Shown: one piece after another, positions 52,345-64,000 of the stretch
How the letters are laid out: every line of letters starts with the position of its first letter
Numbering within the stretch: the stretch's first letter is position 1
From: Eledone cirrhosa
Taxonomy: Eukaryota
Assembly: GCA_964016885.1 (NCBI GenBank)
Contig: OZ024763.1
Span: forward strand, 21,018,001 to 21,082,000
Direction of reading: 5' to 3'
DNA length: 64,000 nucleotides
Notes under the pieces: generated by a model
Database searches by the model: none
What the model saw: the letters and a program-made list of their open reading frames with translations, nothing else
Told to the model about the DNA's origin: nothing
Position numbers and translations under genes: made by a program

Positions 52345-53546
52345 ATATGTTTCAAGAGAGGAATAGGTAGGGGCAATGTCGTGGTGGAAAAGAACTCTCT
52401 GATGAAGTTTCCAGGGAACTTTTCTGCTAAATTTCTGGCTAATTTTTCTCAAAACTTTTTCATAAGCAAATGTTACTGTTTTTCTTTCTTCTAAGAAGTC
52501 AATGATCAAAATACCCTTAACCCCCCCCCCAAAAAAAAAAACTTTCCTCCTGAAAGATTTACTCTTGCTTTAACCCTTTAGCATTTAAACCGGCTATATC
52601 CGCCCAGAATTCTCTCACCTTTTTCTGCTCAAACCGACTCCAACTGGCCCCTCATACCGATATTAAGGTACTGTTCTCAAAATAAATACTATCAAAATCT
52701 CATAGATTTGATATCATGTGAGATAATTATGTAAGATAATGTGTTTACTGCGAAAATACAATAGTTTATATAGAGTAATGTAAATGCTAAAGGGTTAACC
52801 AGATACTTTCCACTTTTAGATAACCATTGCTTTGACTGAGCTTTGTCTTCAGAATCATACTGGTAAAGTCACGTTTCATCTCCAGTCACAATTTGCCACA
52901 GAAAGTTTCTGGATTTTGACCCCCATTTGTTTAAAATTTCTAAAGAAAGCTCTAATCTTCTTTGTTGTTGATCCAGACTCGACAGTCATGGCACCCAGAG
53001 GGCAGGGCTGAAAGTTCTCTGAGCTTCTATTTATCACTTAAAACTGTATGAAGTGAATCAACAGAGATGTCTAGGGTGTAAGCTATTTCTTCTGCTGTTA
53101 ATTATTGGTCTCCATCAATTAAATCTCAAACAGCATTGATTTTCTTCTTCACAAACTGATGTTGATGGATTGCTGGTTCACTCATCATCTTCAACTTCAT
53201 CTCACTTTTCTTTGAAAAGAGTTATCCATTTGTAAATTGCTGATTTTTAAAGGGAAGTATCTCCATAAATATTTCTTGAAGCTTTAATAATGTTCTTTTT
53301 CTTACGAGCAAGTTTTACCATAAACTTGATGTTGGCTCTTGCTTCAGTTTTGACAAAACACATTTTTGCTTTAAGTGTGGTTGTTTTTAAGATGGCATAA
53401 ATTTCGATTCATTGCTTCTGATTATTTCTGGATCAAACAGGTTAGAACGCGTATGTGCACATTTAAGGTGATGCAAGGAAGTAGCAAAATATTTATATAG
53501 TGTTCCTATAAAAGACATTTCCCAAAACTTTTTGAATCCCCCTCAT
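52345..53546 (-). mobile_element. Decayed mariner transposon, interrupted by a TTAA MITE (52570-52798)
   Basis: KLHQRVLFHHDIAPTYSS (HDNAP motif); terminus TATGAGGGGGATTCAAAAAGTTTT on the minus strand at 53521-53547. Confidence 0.7.
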
Positions 53547-53559
53547 ATATATGTATGTA

Positions 53560-53605
<46 letters not shown>

Positions 53606-56219
53606 GGGTGTCCCCAAAAATGTATACACACTTCAACAGCATTCTAATAAATATTTCCTGTACAGGTAATGAAAGTGTGTATACATTTTTTTGTGTGTAT
53701 ATATATATACAATATATCAGCTTTAGCCATTTCAACAGCTAGTTCCAGACTCCAGAAATAGCAAGAGCTCAACCATTGGGCCCTGAATCTTTCTAATATA
53801 GTCACACTCTACTATTGCAAGTATTGAGTACTCTGTTGAGTCAATATATTTTTTTATATACTGATATTTTTATTATATATATATATAAGAATTTAGCTTC
53901 AACTTAGCTGTATACAAGCATATATGTGAGTTTCGTATATCTAAAGATATACGGTATGTTTATTAAATGAACATTTTGAAAGCCTCAGCTATGAACAGAA
54001 AACTGGTGGTCAGCACCACTGAATGGTAGCCGGCAGAAGCAAGGGGGATAATTGTCTCTGCATTTTGAACTTAAATGGTTCTCATCAGGACAATGCTTCT
54101 CTCTTCCTACTATCTATCATCATCATCATTATATCAATTGTTCCATGATGTCATAGGCTGGATGGGACTTTTTAAGGCAATGTTTTACAGCCAGATGCCT
54201 TACTTGACACGAACCCTTTGAGTTGCTTCTTATGATAGACAGGGATACAGTGTACCTATTCTAAACAGGATACACACACACGTTCTTTAGGTTTGTCTAT
54301 ATTGTATTCTATATTTTTATGGGTGTTTTACATATATATATTTGACATTGTCATTGTTCTTTCGTTGTTCTTGTGTTATTTATTTAGATCTATTGATTGT
54401 CTTCTGAGTCTGTCTGCATTAGTTTATTATTAATATCTGTAGTAACAAACTGGTTAAGGTTTTCCCCTATTTTCTGTGCAACAGGATAATGGTGGTTGAT
54501 CAGGCAAACTGGATAGCAAATCGCCTATGTCTCATCACCACCACCATCATTATCATCATCATCATCATTATCATATTTAATGCCTGTCTTCCCTGCTATG
54601 TGGAGGCGTGTGGCATAGTAGTAAAGGTGTTGAACTTACGATCATAATGCCATGGGTTTGATTCCTGGACTGGGTTGCATGTTGTGTTCTTGAGCAAAGC
54701 ACTTCATTTCACATTGATCAAGTATACTCAGCTCTAAATGAGTACCAGAAATAACTGGGGGTTTAACCCTGTGCTGGACTGGATTAAAATTATGATGGTA
54801 AGGTTTTTAGATAAATATGAACACTTTAAAATAAATAAGCGAGGCAGTGGGAAGGATGGTCTTATCTAAATATGATATTTGGAATTTTATAGAATAATTT
54901 CTATAAATAGTTTTGTATTATAGAACCAGAGTTAGTTTCAGGCAGTTTGAAACATAAAGGTTCTTACATAAAATTATGATGTAAAGTTTTTAGATTAATA
55001 TAAACACTTTAAATTAAACAATTTGTTGCATAGGACCTGATACAGTTTCTAGGCAGTTTGGAACAAAACAAACTGATACAATTTCAAGTGGTTTTGTATA
55101 AAAAGTGTTAAAACAACTGTGTATTCAAAATTATTGAAATTTTGTTAGGATAATTACTAAATCTGCCGGTGGACTTAGCTGAAGTGATGAAAATAGTGTG
55201 ATTATAATACTGAATAAATTCAACAGTAATTTGATTACAATTGCAAAGATTTTACAATCTAATGGATGGAATAGAAACATTTTTATCTCATTTCCATAAC
55301 CAATTGAAACAATGAGGATACTTGTGGTGATGAATTAATTGTATTTGCTGTGTATATGTGTGTGCATGTGCCTGTATGTGTGTGCATGTGTGTGTGTGTG
55401 TGTGGGGGGGGGCAGTTAAGAACGATGATTCCAGCATATTTTATTAGACTGTAATGACCTGTCCAGACCAAGCCAGAATGGAAGGCAGACATAAAATGAT
55501 GATGGTGATGATGATGATGATGATCATCATCATCATTTTACATCCACTTTTCCATTCTTGCATGGGATGGACAGCTTTTTGTTTTTAAATGCAGCATTCC
55601 TCTATCAGTCACATTCTTTCATCATTTTCTCTCTGAGCTTCAGCAATTTAGTAATTTGAGGTCAGTTCTTACCCTCTCCACTCAGATCTTCCTTTCTTTC
55701 TCTCTACTGCAGCTCCCTATTGGGATTTCTTGGTAGTTCAATCTGTAAAATGGTAGTGCTGGTGTCATGTAGCCTGCACACAGCCCATCTTGTAAAATGT
55801 TAGCATTTGTAGCTCGATAAAATGCACCTAGTCCACTCTGTAAAGTGGTAATGCTAGTGTCATGAAAAATACACCCAGAACATCTTGTAAAGTATTAGTG
55901 TTTGGAGCACAATAAAATGCACCCAGTCCACTCTGTAAAGTGGTACTGTTGGTGTCATGTAAAATTACATGGAACGTCCTGTAAGGTGTTGGTTCCATGA
56001 TAATATGCACCCAGCCCACACTTTAATGTGGTGATTCTGGTGTCATGAAAAATACACCAAGGACATTCTGTAAAGTGTTAGTATTGGTTCCACGATAAAA
56101 TACACCTAGTTCACTCTGTAAAGTGGTGATGCCGGTATCACAAAAAATACACCTAGGACACCTTGTAAAGTGTTAGTCTTTGTAGCACAATAAAATGTAC
56201 CCAGCCCACTCTGGACTAA

Positions 56220-56670
56220 AAAAGTACAATTGAAGTCACTAGGTCTCTAATATTGTACAAGAAAGGTATGATCGAAGTGAAAAGGTCCATAATATTGTAT
56301 AAAAAAAGGTACAATTGAGGTGAAAAGGTCTCTAATATTGTATAAGAAAGGTATGATCGAAGTCAAAAGGTCCTTAGTATTGTAAAAGAAAAGGGAAGAT
56401 CCAAGTCACAAGGTCCATAATATTATATAAGAAAAGGTACAATTAAAGTCACAAGGTCCATAATATTGCATAAGAAAAGGTACAATCGAAGTCACAAGGT
56501 CCTTAATATTGTATAAGAAAAGGTACAATGAAAGTCAAAAGGTCCTTAATATTGTATAAGAAAAGGTACAATGAAAGTCAAAAGGTCCTTAATATTGTAT
56601 AAGAAAAGGTACAATTGAAGTGACAAGGTCTCTAATATTGTATAAGAAAAGGTACAATTAAAGTCAAAAG
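56220..56670. repeat. 43-bp minisatellite, ~10 copies
   Basis: AAGAAAAGGTACAATTGAAGTCACAAGGTCCTTAATATTGTAT units. Confidence 0.9.
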
Positions 56671-57815
56671 GTACTCAGTGTTGGTTAATTCTTAATACAG
56701 TTTCCTGTCTTCTGCTGGCTGTTTTCTTGGAAACAGGTCCGAAAAATAAAAAGCAGGAAACATTTAGTTACGGTGTATACTACGCACAGTGTATACCATG
56801 TACCCCCAAAACAAACAAAGGAAAAAGAATGTACAGTATACATGGAAGAATACTGTATTTAGAGAAGGCAAATAAAATGTAGTTTGCTTGAAGCATTGTA
56901 TATGATATATAACGTTGAAAGAGATAGAAGGCCAAACAATGCAAAATGGACTGTAAGATGAGGGTAACAAAAAAGTAAGTTATCTGGTAATCTTTGTTTT
57001 GTTTTTTGTTGTTCTTTCTGCTGTCCTAATATTTCAGGACCTAAGGTAAAATTCTATTGTCCTCATTCTTTCCTCTATAACTCCTATTACCTCAGCATCT
57101 TTTAATCTTGTACGCATTGTAGGGCTTTCAAATATTTAAACTTATTTAAATTTGTTTTTCCTATTCCACAATGCTTCAAGCAAGCTACAACACCCTGTAC
57201 TTTATTTTATCAACTGCCTCCCCTTTCGTCCTCAGAGGGATGAAGAACGAAAGACAAAGTTGACCTCGATAACTTTAATGATTATGACAATGATAAAGAT
57301 GACGATAGCATCCTCTTAACCAACCATTTCCTAAATTAAAATAATATAAAAAATAAAACAAGATAAAAATAAAAAATACAAAAAAATACAAAATAAAAAT
57401 ACAAAAAAGAGAAAAAAAAAGAATCTCTTGATTAAATCCATGGAGGTTGTTTTAAGAACTTCCTTGTTTGTGTCTATTGATCATTTCCAGTTTTCATCAT
57501 TCTTCCATCACTTATTCGAGACGTTTGTTTAGGTCTGTTTACTTATGCTTATTGTTTTCAATCTTTTTTTCTTTCTTTCTGTCTTTCTTTCTTTCTTTCT
57601 TTCCTTCTTCAGTATTCTTTGCCAACTTTTCTATTGTTGCTATTGATTTTTCTCTATGAAATTATTCTATAAAATTCCAAATATCATATTTAGATAAGAC
57701 CATCCTTCCCACTGCCTCGCTTATTTATTATTTATTATTTATTTATTTATTTTATCTTATTTTAGCTATTTATTTTATTTATTTATGTATCTATTTGTTT
57801 GTTTTTTGACAGTTC

Positions 57816-57849
<34 letters not shown>

Positions 57850-58474
57850 GTTATTATTTTTACTGTTGTTGTTTCTTTTTCTTGATGCTAACTTTATTTT
57901 ATCAATTTAAATAAGAACAAAACAAAAAAAAACAAAAAAAGAAATTTGTAATTTCTAATCAAAGCAATCACAAAACTGGAATGTGTATTTGTGTGTATAT
58001 GTGTATGTATGTATGTGTTTGTGAATATATATGTATGTGTGTGTGTGTATTCATATATATATATATATACATGTCAAAAGAAACTACCAGATTGTCTGAG
58101 GCATGTATGTGTGTATGTATATATATATATATATATATATATAAATATATATCAAAAGAAACTGTAATAGATTGTCTGAGGAGGCATGTATTAGAATTGG
58201 GATGCTGTGTAACTCTAGATTTCAAAACAACTAGAAAATATGCCACATCAATTAGGGTGGTTTACCTGTTGCAGGTGAAAAGAAGTCACTTAGAATTTGA
58301 TGTATTGAATGACTTTACTATTATTCTGCTGAAAGACAACACAACACTGTCTATAATTATATAATTTTTAATTAATTCTGAAAATATTCAAGAATTTCCA
58401 GGGATTTAGTAATATAACTAACTTTCTCATTTATTATTTAGTTGGTGTTTGGAACATAAATTAATAAAGGTTCT

Positions 58475-58810
58475 TCCTTCTTCTATACATCCGTTACCAA
58501 TGCCATGAGGAAGTTTATTCTCCAGTTCATCCTGTCTGGCATTGCCATCTGAATTGCCCCTGTCTGCAACTCGGTGTCACCTTTAAGATCATCCATCCTT
58601 CCATGTTGTGGTTGGCTTCCCAACTTGTCTGCATGCAGCAGGTTGATTTTGATATTTCACATGTCCGGCTAATGAAAGCCTCCTACACCTTATGATATCA
58701 GAAAGGTAAAGGTGTGTTCTCCAGGATATGTTCTGGACCTTTCTCAGCATCTGGGTGAATGTGCCATTAATCCTCTTTGTGAGTCTTTTGTCAGTGTCCA
58801 TGACTCACAC
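58475..58810 (-). mobile_element. RTE/RTEX-type LINE 3' remnant
   Basis: LTKRINGTFTQMLRKVQNISW..IIRCRRLSLAGHV..GKPTTTWKD..DRMNWR. Confidence 0.7.
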
Positions 58811-59776
58811 CGTAGAGGTTCTTACATTAAATTATGATAGAAGGCTTTTAGATAAAAATCTTCACAACTATCATGATCATCATCATTTTAACGTCTGCTT
58901 TCCTTGCTACTCTGGGTTGGATGAGTCTACAAAAACCAAGTCAGTACTAAAGCGGGACTATTGACCTCCCAGATATAAAATTGTGATGGAAGGTATTTGG
59001 ATAAATATAAACACTTTAAAATAAACAGTTTTGTATACGTAGCACCAGGGGAAGGTTTTAAGCAGCTTGGTATCCAAGATACTCTCATGGAATGACCAAG
59101 CGAGGGGAGGTTTATTTTTCAACATAGTCCCTGGAATGAAACAATGCAGTTATTAATATGAAGAGTTGAAATTAATGCATGCAAGATTTCATAGCTCTAG
59201 CATCAATCCTTCATAGAGCCTATGAACTTTTCATCTGACCCTTGCAGTTACATTTCGTGGCACACAGTTTGGGACTCATTCATTAACAAAAGGAGTGGCA
59301 CTAGGGCAGACAAAGGGTCTAAAAGAAATAAGCTTTGCACCATTTTGTTTTGGTTGGCGGCTCTGTACTTGTAAAGTTTAAAATAGAATTATGTTCACTC
59401 ATATTATTTAAATCTATTTACTTTTATGAGAAGAAAGTTATAATTTTCTCTTCTATGTCACATTCAGCTGTGAAACTTGCTATTATACATATATAAAATT
59501 TTATAATAGATAATTAAAGAGAGAAAATGTTTGTTTGAATAAATATACTTTTCAACTCTCGAAAGAGCTTTTGTAAAATTGTAAGAAATATGATATTGAT
59601 ACGAACGATAAAAATTGCAAAATTTATTTCATGATTATTCAATGTTCATAAAATAATAACTATGAAATATTTAAATGTTGTATAATTATAGATAGGATGA
59701 GTTGGAGTAAGGATTCTTTTGTTATTTTAGGTGCCGTCTGTATAATTTGTGGTCTCACTGCTTCCACATCACAAAT

Positions 59777-59974
59777 TACGGTATATACTTGAATATAAGC
59801 TGACCTCACTATTTTCATGCCGGAGAAATAGGTAAAAATCCAATCCAAACCTTTCTTATGTAGAATTTGAGGTTGTGAAAATCATAAAAATATTGGCCCT
59901 GAATGTAGTCCAACCCCTTATTATCGATTTATTTTGGTTACATATTCCTTGGCTTATATTCAAGTACATACAGT
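59777..59974. mobile_element. pogo/Tigger-like MITE
   Basis: TIRs TACGGTATATACTTGAATATAAGC ... GCTTATATTCAAGTACATACAGTA; shorter relative at 60727-60823. Confidence 0.7.
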
Positions 59975-60002
59975 ATATATATACGTGTGTATATATTTAT
60001 AT

Positions 60003-60112
60003 ATAGGAAAAGAGTCAGGACCCCGACGGCTGAGCTTCGGCTGTTTTGACAGCTAGATCTAGCTGTCAAAATAACCGGAGCTCAACCGTCAAGGTCCTGA
60101 CTCTTTTCCTAT
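60003..60112. repeat. 110-bp palindrome adjacent to a hammerhead
   Basis: ATAGGAAAAGAGTCAGGACC...ACAGCTAGA|TCTAGCTGT...GGTCCTGACTCTTTTCCTAT; related copy at 36462-36598. Confidence 0.85.
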
Positions 60113-60175
60113 TACCCACTCTATTACCCTAAGTATCGAGTACTCTAGTGCGTTATGGTCCACCTTTATTTCAGG

Positions 60176-60284
60176 TATTGACAATTGTTTCACTGATCAG
60201 GTGAGTCTAGAAGCCGCTAATCGCTCAAAGTTGCGTCACTCGATCTCCATTACATTATTTACCTCTGATCAACTCCTCAGAATA
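60176..60284 (-). ncRNA. Type I hammerhead ribozyme with ~80-nt stem II region (canonical GUC site)
   Basis: Minus strand TATT-CTGAGGA-GTTGATCAG...CTGATCAGT-GAAAC-AATT-GTC-AATA, then CCTGAAATAAA. Confidence 0.8.
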
Positions 60285-60398
60285 TATATATATTTATATA
60301 TATATATATGTATATATATATATAGAGAGAGAGACGTAGAACACTGGAAGGTAATATCCGTAGTGGTAGAGCACTCAGTCCATGGGACGAGTTAGGAA

Positions 60399-60517
60399 GA
60401 AGTGGTAACACAACAGTAAGTTCACCATAACAAGAACAATTGTTTCACCTAATTGTTTCTGCTAAGGTGAAACAATTGTTCTCGGTATGGTGAACTAAGG
60501 GTTGTGTTACCACTTCT
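60399..60517. repeat. Foldback containing two HHR 3' halves (GAAACAATTGTT)
   Basis: AGAAGTGGTAACACAAC..GAACAATTGTTTCACCT / AGGTGAAACAATTGTTC..GTTGTGTTACCACTTCT; the preceding 60337-60395 recurs at 63756-63815. Confidence 0.75.
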
Positions 60518-62217
60518 ATATATATATATATATATATATATATGTTCACAGGATGTCCCCCAAAAATGTATACACACATTTATTAGAATGCTGTTGAAGC
60601 ATGTGTGCATGTTTTGGGACACACTCTCTCTCGCTCTATATATATATCATCATCATCATTTTACGTCCGCTTTTCTCTGCCTGCATATATATATATAGGT
60701 ATATATATACATATATATATATATATATACCATATATACTCGAATATAAGCCGAGCCCCTTCTACCATTGATTTTTTGTGGGGGTGGCACATACTCCTCG
60801 GCTTATATTGGAGTACATACGGTGAGTGCAATACAATACTTACACTTGATTTCTTACAAACAGATTTCTACAAATGCAACAACAACAACAAAAGGGGGTG
60901 GGAGGAGTTTATTCAATTCATTGAAATACAATGAGGGCAATTTATTAGCTGATTGTAGATAGATCATTTTGATATTAAACTAATTTCATGTTTATTTATG
61001 ATTTGTATTATTTATGGCAACACAACATGTCTGTTTTATATGTAAATTTATATCTGTTTTAATGTTTTCTTGTCGAATATTAAGAAAATTAAGATTAAAA
61101 TTTAAAAAAATATTTTATATATATATATTTTTTAGTAGAAATTATATTTTACTTGAGTTCTTCATCATCATCATCACCATTTAACATCCATTTGCCATGC
61201 TTGCATTATATATATATATACATATATATATATACACACACACACATACATCCATATATACATGTGTGTTTGTATATCTATATATCTATCTATAAACACA
61301 CACACACACATATATATTTCTGAATATATATATATATATATATATATAACTTTTCTTTTTTTTTGTTAGAAAGAATTTTATTTCAAAATACTCTAATATA
61401 TTTCTAGGATAAAATTACATAAAAACAACAAAGAATCAAGAATTTCTATATTGTTTGACCTTTTCTTCATTAACATTTCTGTAACCACCATTCCTTGTCA
61501 CAATCAACAATTGGTATATGATAGTAATGATAAGAACCGAGAATGAAAATTGTTGGCGTTATTGATTTCAATGTTATAGCTTTCAGAAAATTAAATTGAT
61601 TGAACTCTAGTTAAGGTGGGAAATGTTATTATAATATCGTGGTTATGGTTTCATTATTTTTTATTTTTTCAATATCACTGGGAGAACTAAGAATTTAAAT
61701 TAATTTTTTTTATTTCGTTGTTTATTGCATTTCAATTTTGATGCAGTATTTTCCATAAAACTCTATACAACACAACAACATAACAACATATTTTATATAT
61801 ATATAGTAATTAACTTTGTTGTAGGATTAACTAACTTTTCGAAAAATAATTTGTTAGATTCTCATTGGAAAACAGTATTATATATATATATGTATATGTG
61901 TGTGTGTGTGTACATGTGTATAGGCATGTGTATTTGTATGTGTGTACATGTGTATACGTATGTGTATATGTATGTGTGTGTGTATATTTATGTATCATCA
62001 TCATCGTTTAACGTCTATCTTCCATGCTAGCATGGGTTTAGACGGGAATTGTTCCACTTGAGGCAAGATTGGTCGGGAGACCGTGTCTCGCTCGTATAGG
62101 ACTGTCTGGCAGGTTTTCTACGGCTGGATGCCCTTCCTAACACCAACCACATTTACAGTATATATATATATATGTGTGTGTGTGTCTGTGTATGTATGCA
62201 TGTGTAAATGTTTGTGT

Positions 62218-62249
<32 letters not shown>

Positions 62250-62624
62250 TATGTAAAATCCCAACCGCGCCGCCAAGCAGTTTCGGCTTGTGTCAATGTA
62301 TATATGTATGTGTGTGTATGTGTGTGCTTATGTAGACCTCCAAAGGATGAAATTTAAATTTCACCTCGGCAAAATTTCAACTCAGAACGAATACCACAAA
62401 ACATTCTATTCAGCTTTCTAATGACTCAGCCAGTTCACAGTGTGTAGTTTTAACTAAAATAACTCCATGTAAAGGAATTTTTAAATGACTGTCTTAATAG
62501 CAGTCTGTAAAAGTCTCTTAAAAAAGCATTCTATCTGATGTTTTAACTGCTCTGCTAATTTGCCACTTCTTACAAATAAATACTGTTACAAACTTAAGTA
62601 TGTAACAGTATTATATACACATAC

Positions 62625-63018
62625 TTATCTCAGGAGGTGTGGCATCACCTTGGAGGATGTAGAGGAGCTGGCACAGGACCGCCAGTGATGGAGGGTGTTT
62701 GTAGACCTAGTCGGCTCTATGCATGATGATGAAGCTTTGGAATGCTGGCTTAGGATGACCCTGGCATTGTTGACTAATAGCAAAAAGAAGAAGACATACT
62801 TAAGTAAGCAGGAAGTTATACACAAGTTACTATTGCAGGAACCAACTTCCATGAAACACAGTAGAGGAAGACCTGCCCGAACATTCATTGATCAGCTCTC
62901 AGACGATACAAACCTCAGTAAGGAGCAGTTGCCAGAACTAATGAATAGAAAATCATGAATTGTGGAGAGAGACTTTGTTAGGAATGTTCCATTATGGTCA
63001 TAATAATGATGATGATGA
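62625..63018 (+). mobile_element. Two RTE-type LINE 3' remnants
   Basis: EELAQDRQ*WRVFV and HKLLLQEPTSMKHSRGRPARTFIDQLSDDT, each followed by (ATG)n. Confidence 0.6.
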
Positions 63019-63705
63019 CATAGTTAAGATAACATTTGTTTAAAGCATTCCTTAGGTAAACTATCACACAATAACAACATTATAGATACAATCATAGCTT
63101 AGTAATTTAGTAATTTTCAACATTCATTTAAAGAACAAAATGTTAGATTGTGTGTAAATGTGCTGTAACCTTTCAAAACAGGGTTTCTAGCATTTCAGAT
63201 TCGTCTTTCATTTTGTCTGTATGTTTATGTTTCACTAGTGGACCAGTGGTGTTAATAATGATGGCTTAGTGGTTAGAGCATTGGGCTTACAATCAAGAGG
63301 TTGTGAGTTCGATTCTCAGACTGGATGGTGTTTTGTGTCTGTGAGCAAGACTCTTTATTTCACATTGCTCCAGTACACACAGCTGTGGAAATGAGCTGAA
63401 ATGTCACTGGTGCTGAGCTGTATCAGCTCTTGCTTTTTCCTTGGACAGCATCATATATAGTGTATATATAATGTATATATATAGTGTATATATAATATAT
63501 GTGTATGTTGTGACGGTTGTTGGGCACACAAAAAGAACATGTTTTTGCCTGCAGCATATCACATAAACATAAATTCATCTGATGAAATCGCACCCATATC
63601 AGCAACAAATGCAACTGCTGCATCTTGAATGCATATGGGTCACCATATAAATAATTATAATGAATAAATGCTTTATATAAACACACCATCCTTCTTAATG
63701 TTACT

Positions 63706-63754
<49 letters not shown>

Positions 63755-63865
63755 GTAGAACACTGGAAGGTAATATCCGTAGGGGTAGAGCACTCAGTCC
63801 ATGGGACGAGTTAGGTAGAAGTGGTGAACTAACTGTTGTGTAACCACTTCTATATACATATATAT

Positions 63866-64000
63866 AATTGTTTCTACTTTAGGCACAAGGCCAGCAACTA
63901 CCCAGTGCATTACTGGTACTTTATTTTATCGACCCCGTAAGGATGAAAGGCAAAGTCAACCTCGGCGGGATTTGAACTCAGATCGTAAAGGGACGTAACT
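63866..64000 (-). mobile_element. SINE family B (runs off the window end)
   Basis: Nearly identical to 5658-5795 and 46278-46415. Confidence 0.9.

Noticed and set aside
58170-58250. Hammerhead-like GATTGT-CTGAGGA-GGCATGT...ATATGCC
   Set aside because: GAAA, stem III and cleavage triplet are missing; at best a deleted relic.
63575-63645. CTGATGA followed by an ACCCATAT/ATATGGGT hairpin
   Set aside because: No GAAA-stem III-NUH in the required position.

Overview
AT-rich, microsatellite-saturated ((AT)n, (CA)n, (ATC)n) eukaryotic DNA. The repeat repertoire looks molluscan, probably cephalopod/octopod (inferred from the SINE/LINE types). No host protein-coding gene could be supported; almost all short ORFs are translations of microsatellites or antisense TE sequence. 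The window is a mobile-element landscape: (1) a 5'-truncated GIY-YIG Penelope-like element (PLE, Naiad-like) inside ~1.3-kb inverted arms carrying four type-I hammerhead ribozyme (HHR) motifs; (2) an RTE-clade LINE with an uninterrupted 1039-aa APE-RT ORF containing a PHD-type finger, plus a truncated sister copy; (3) a two-ORF Neptune-like PLE whose coiled-coil-like ORF1 links to the RT ORF through a T_TTT_TTA slippery site in the -1 frame, flanked by a ~290-bp direct duplication; (4) solitary HHRs with very long stem II and foldback palindromes built from HHR halves; (5) a DD37D (maT) transposon, mariner, piggyBac-like and pogo-like MITEs, a CRE-type endonuclease remnant, three tRNA-derived SINE families and several TE-derived minisatellites. 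All calls are by eye, without database searches or folding software.
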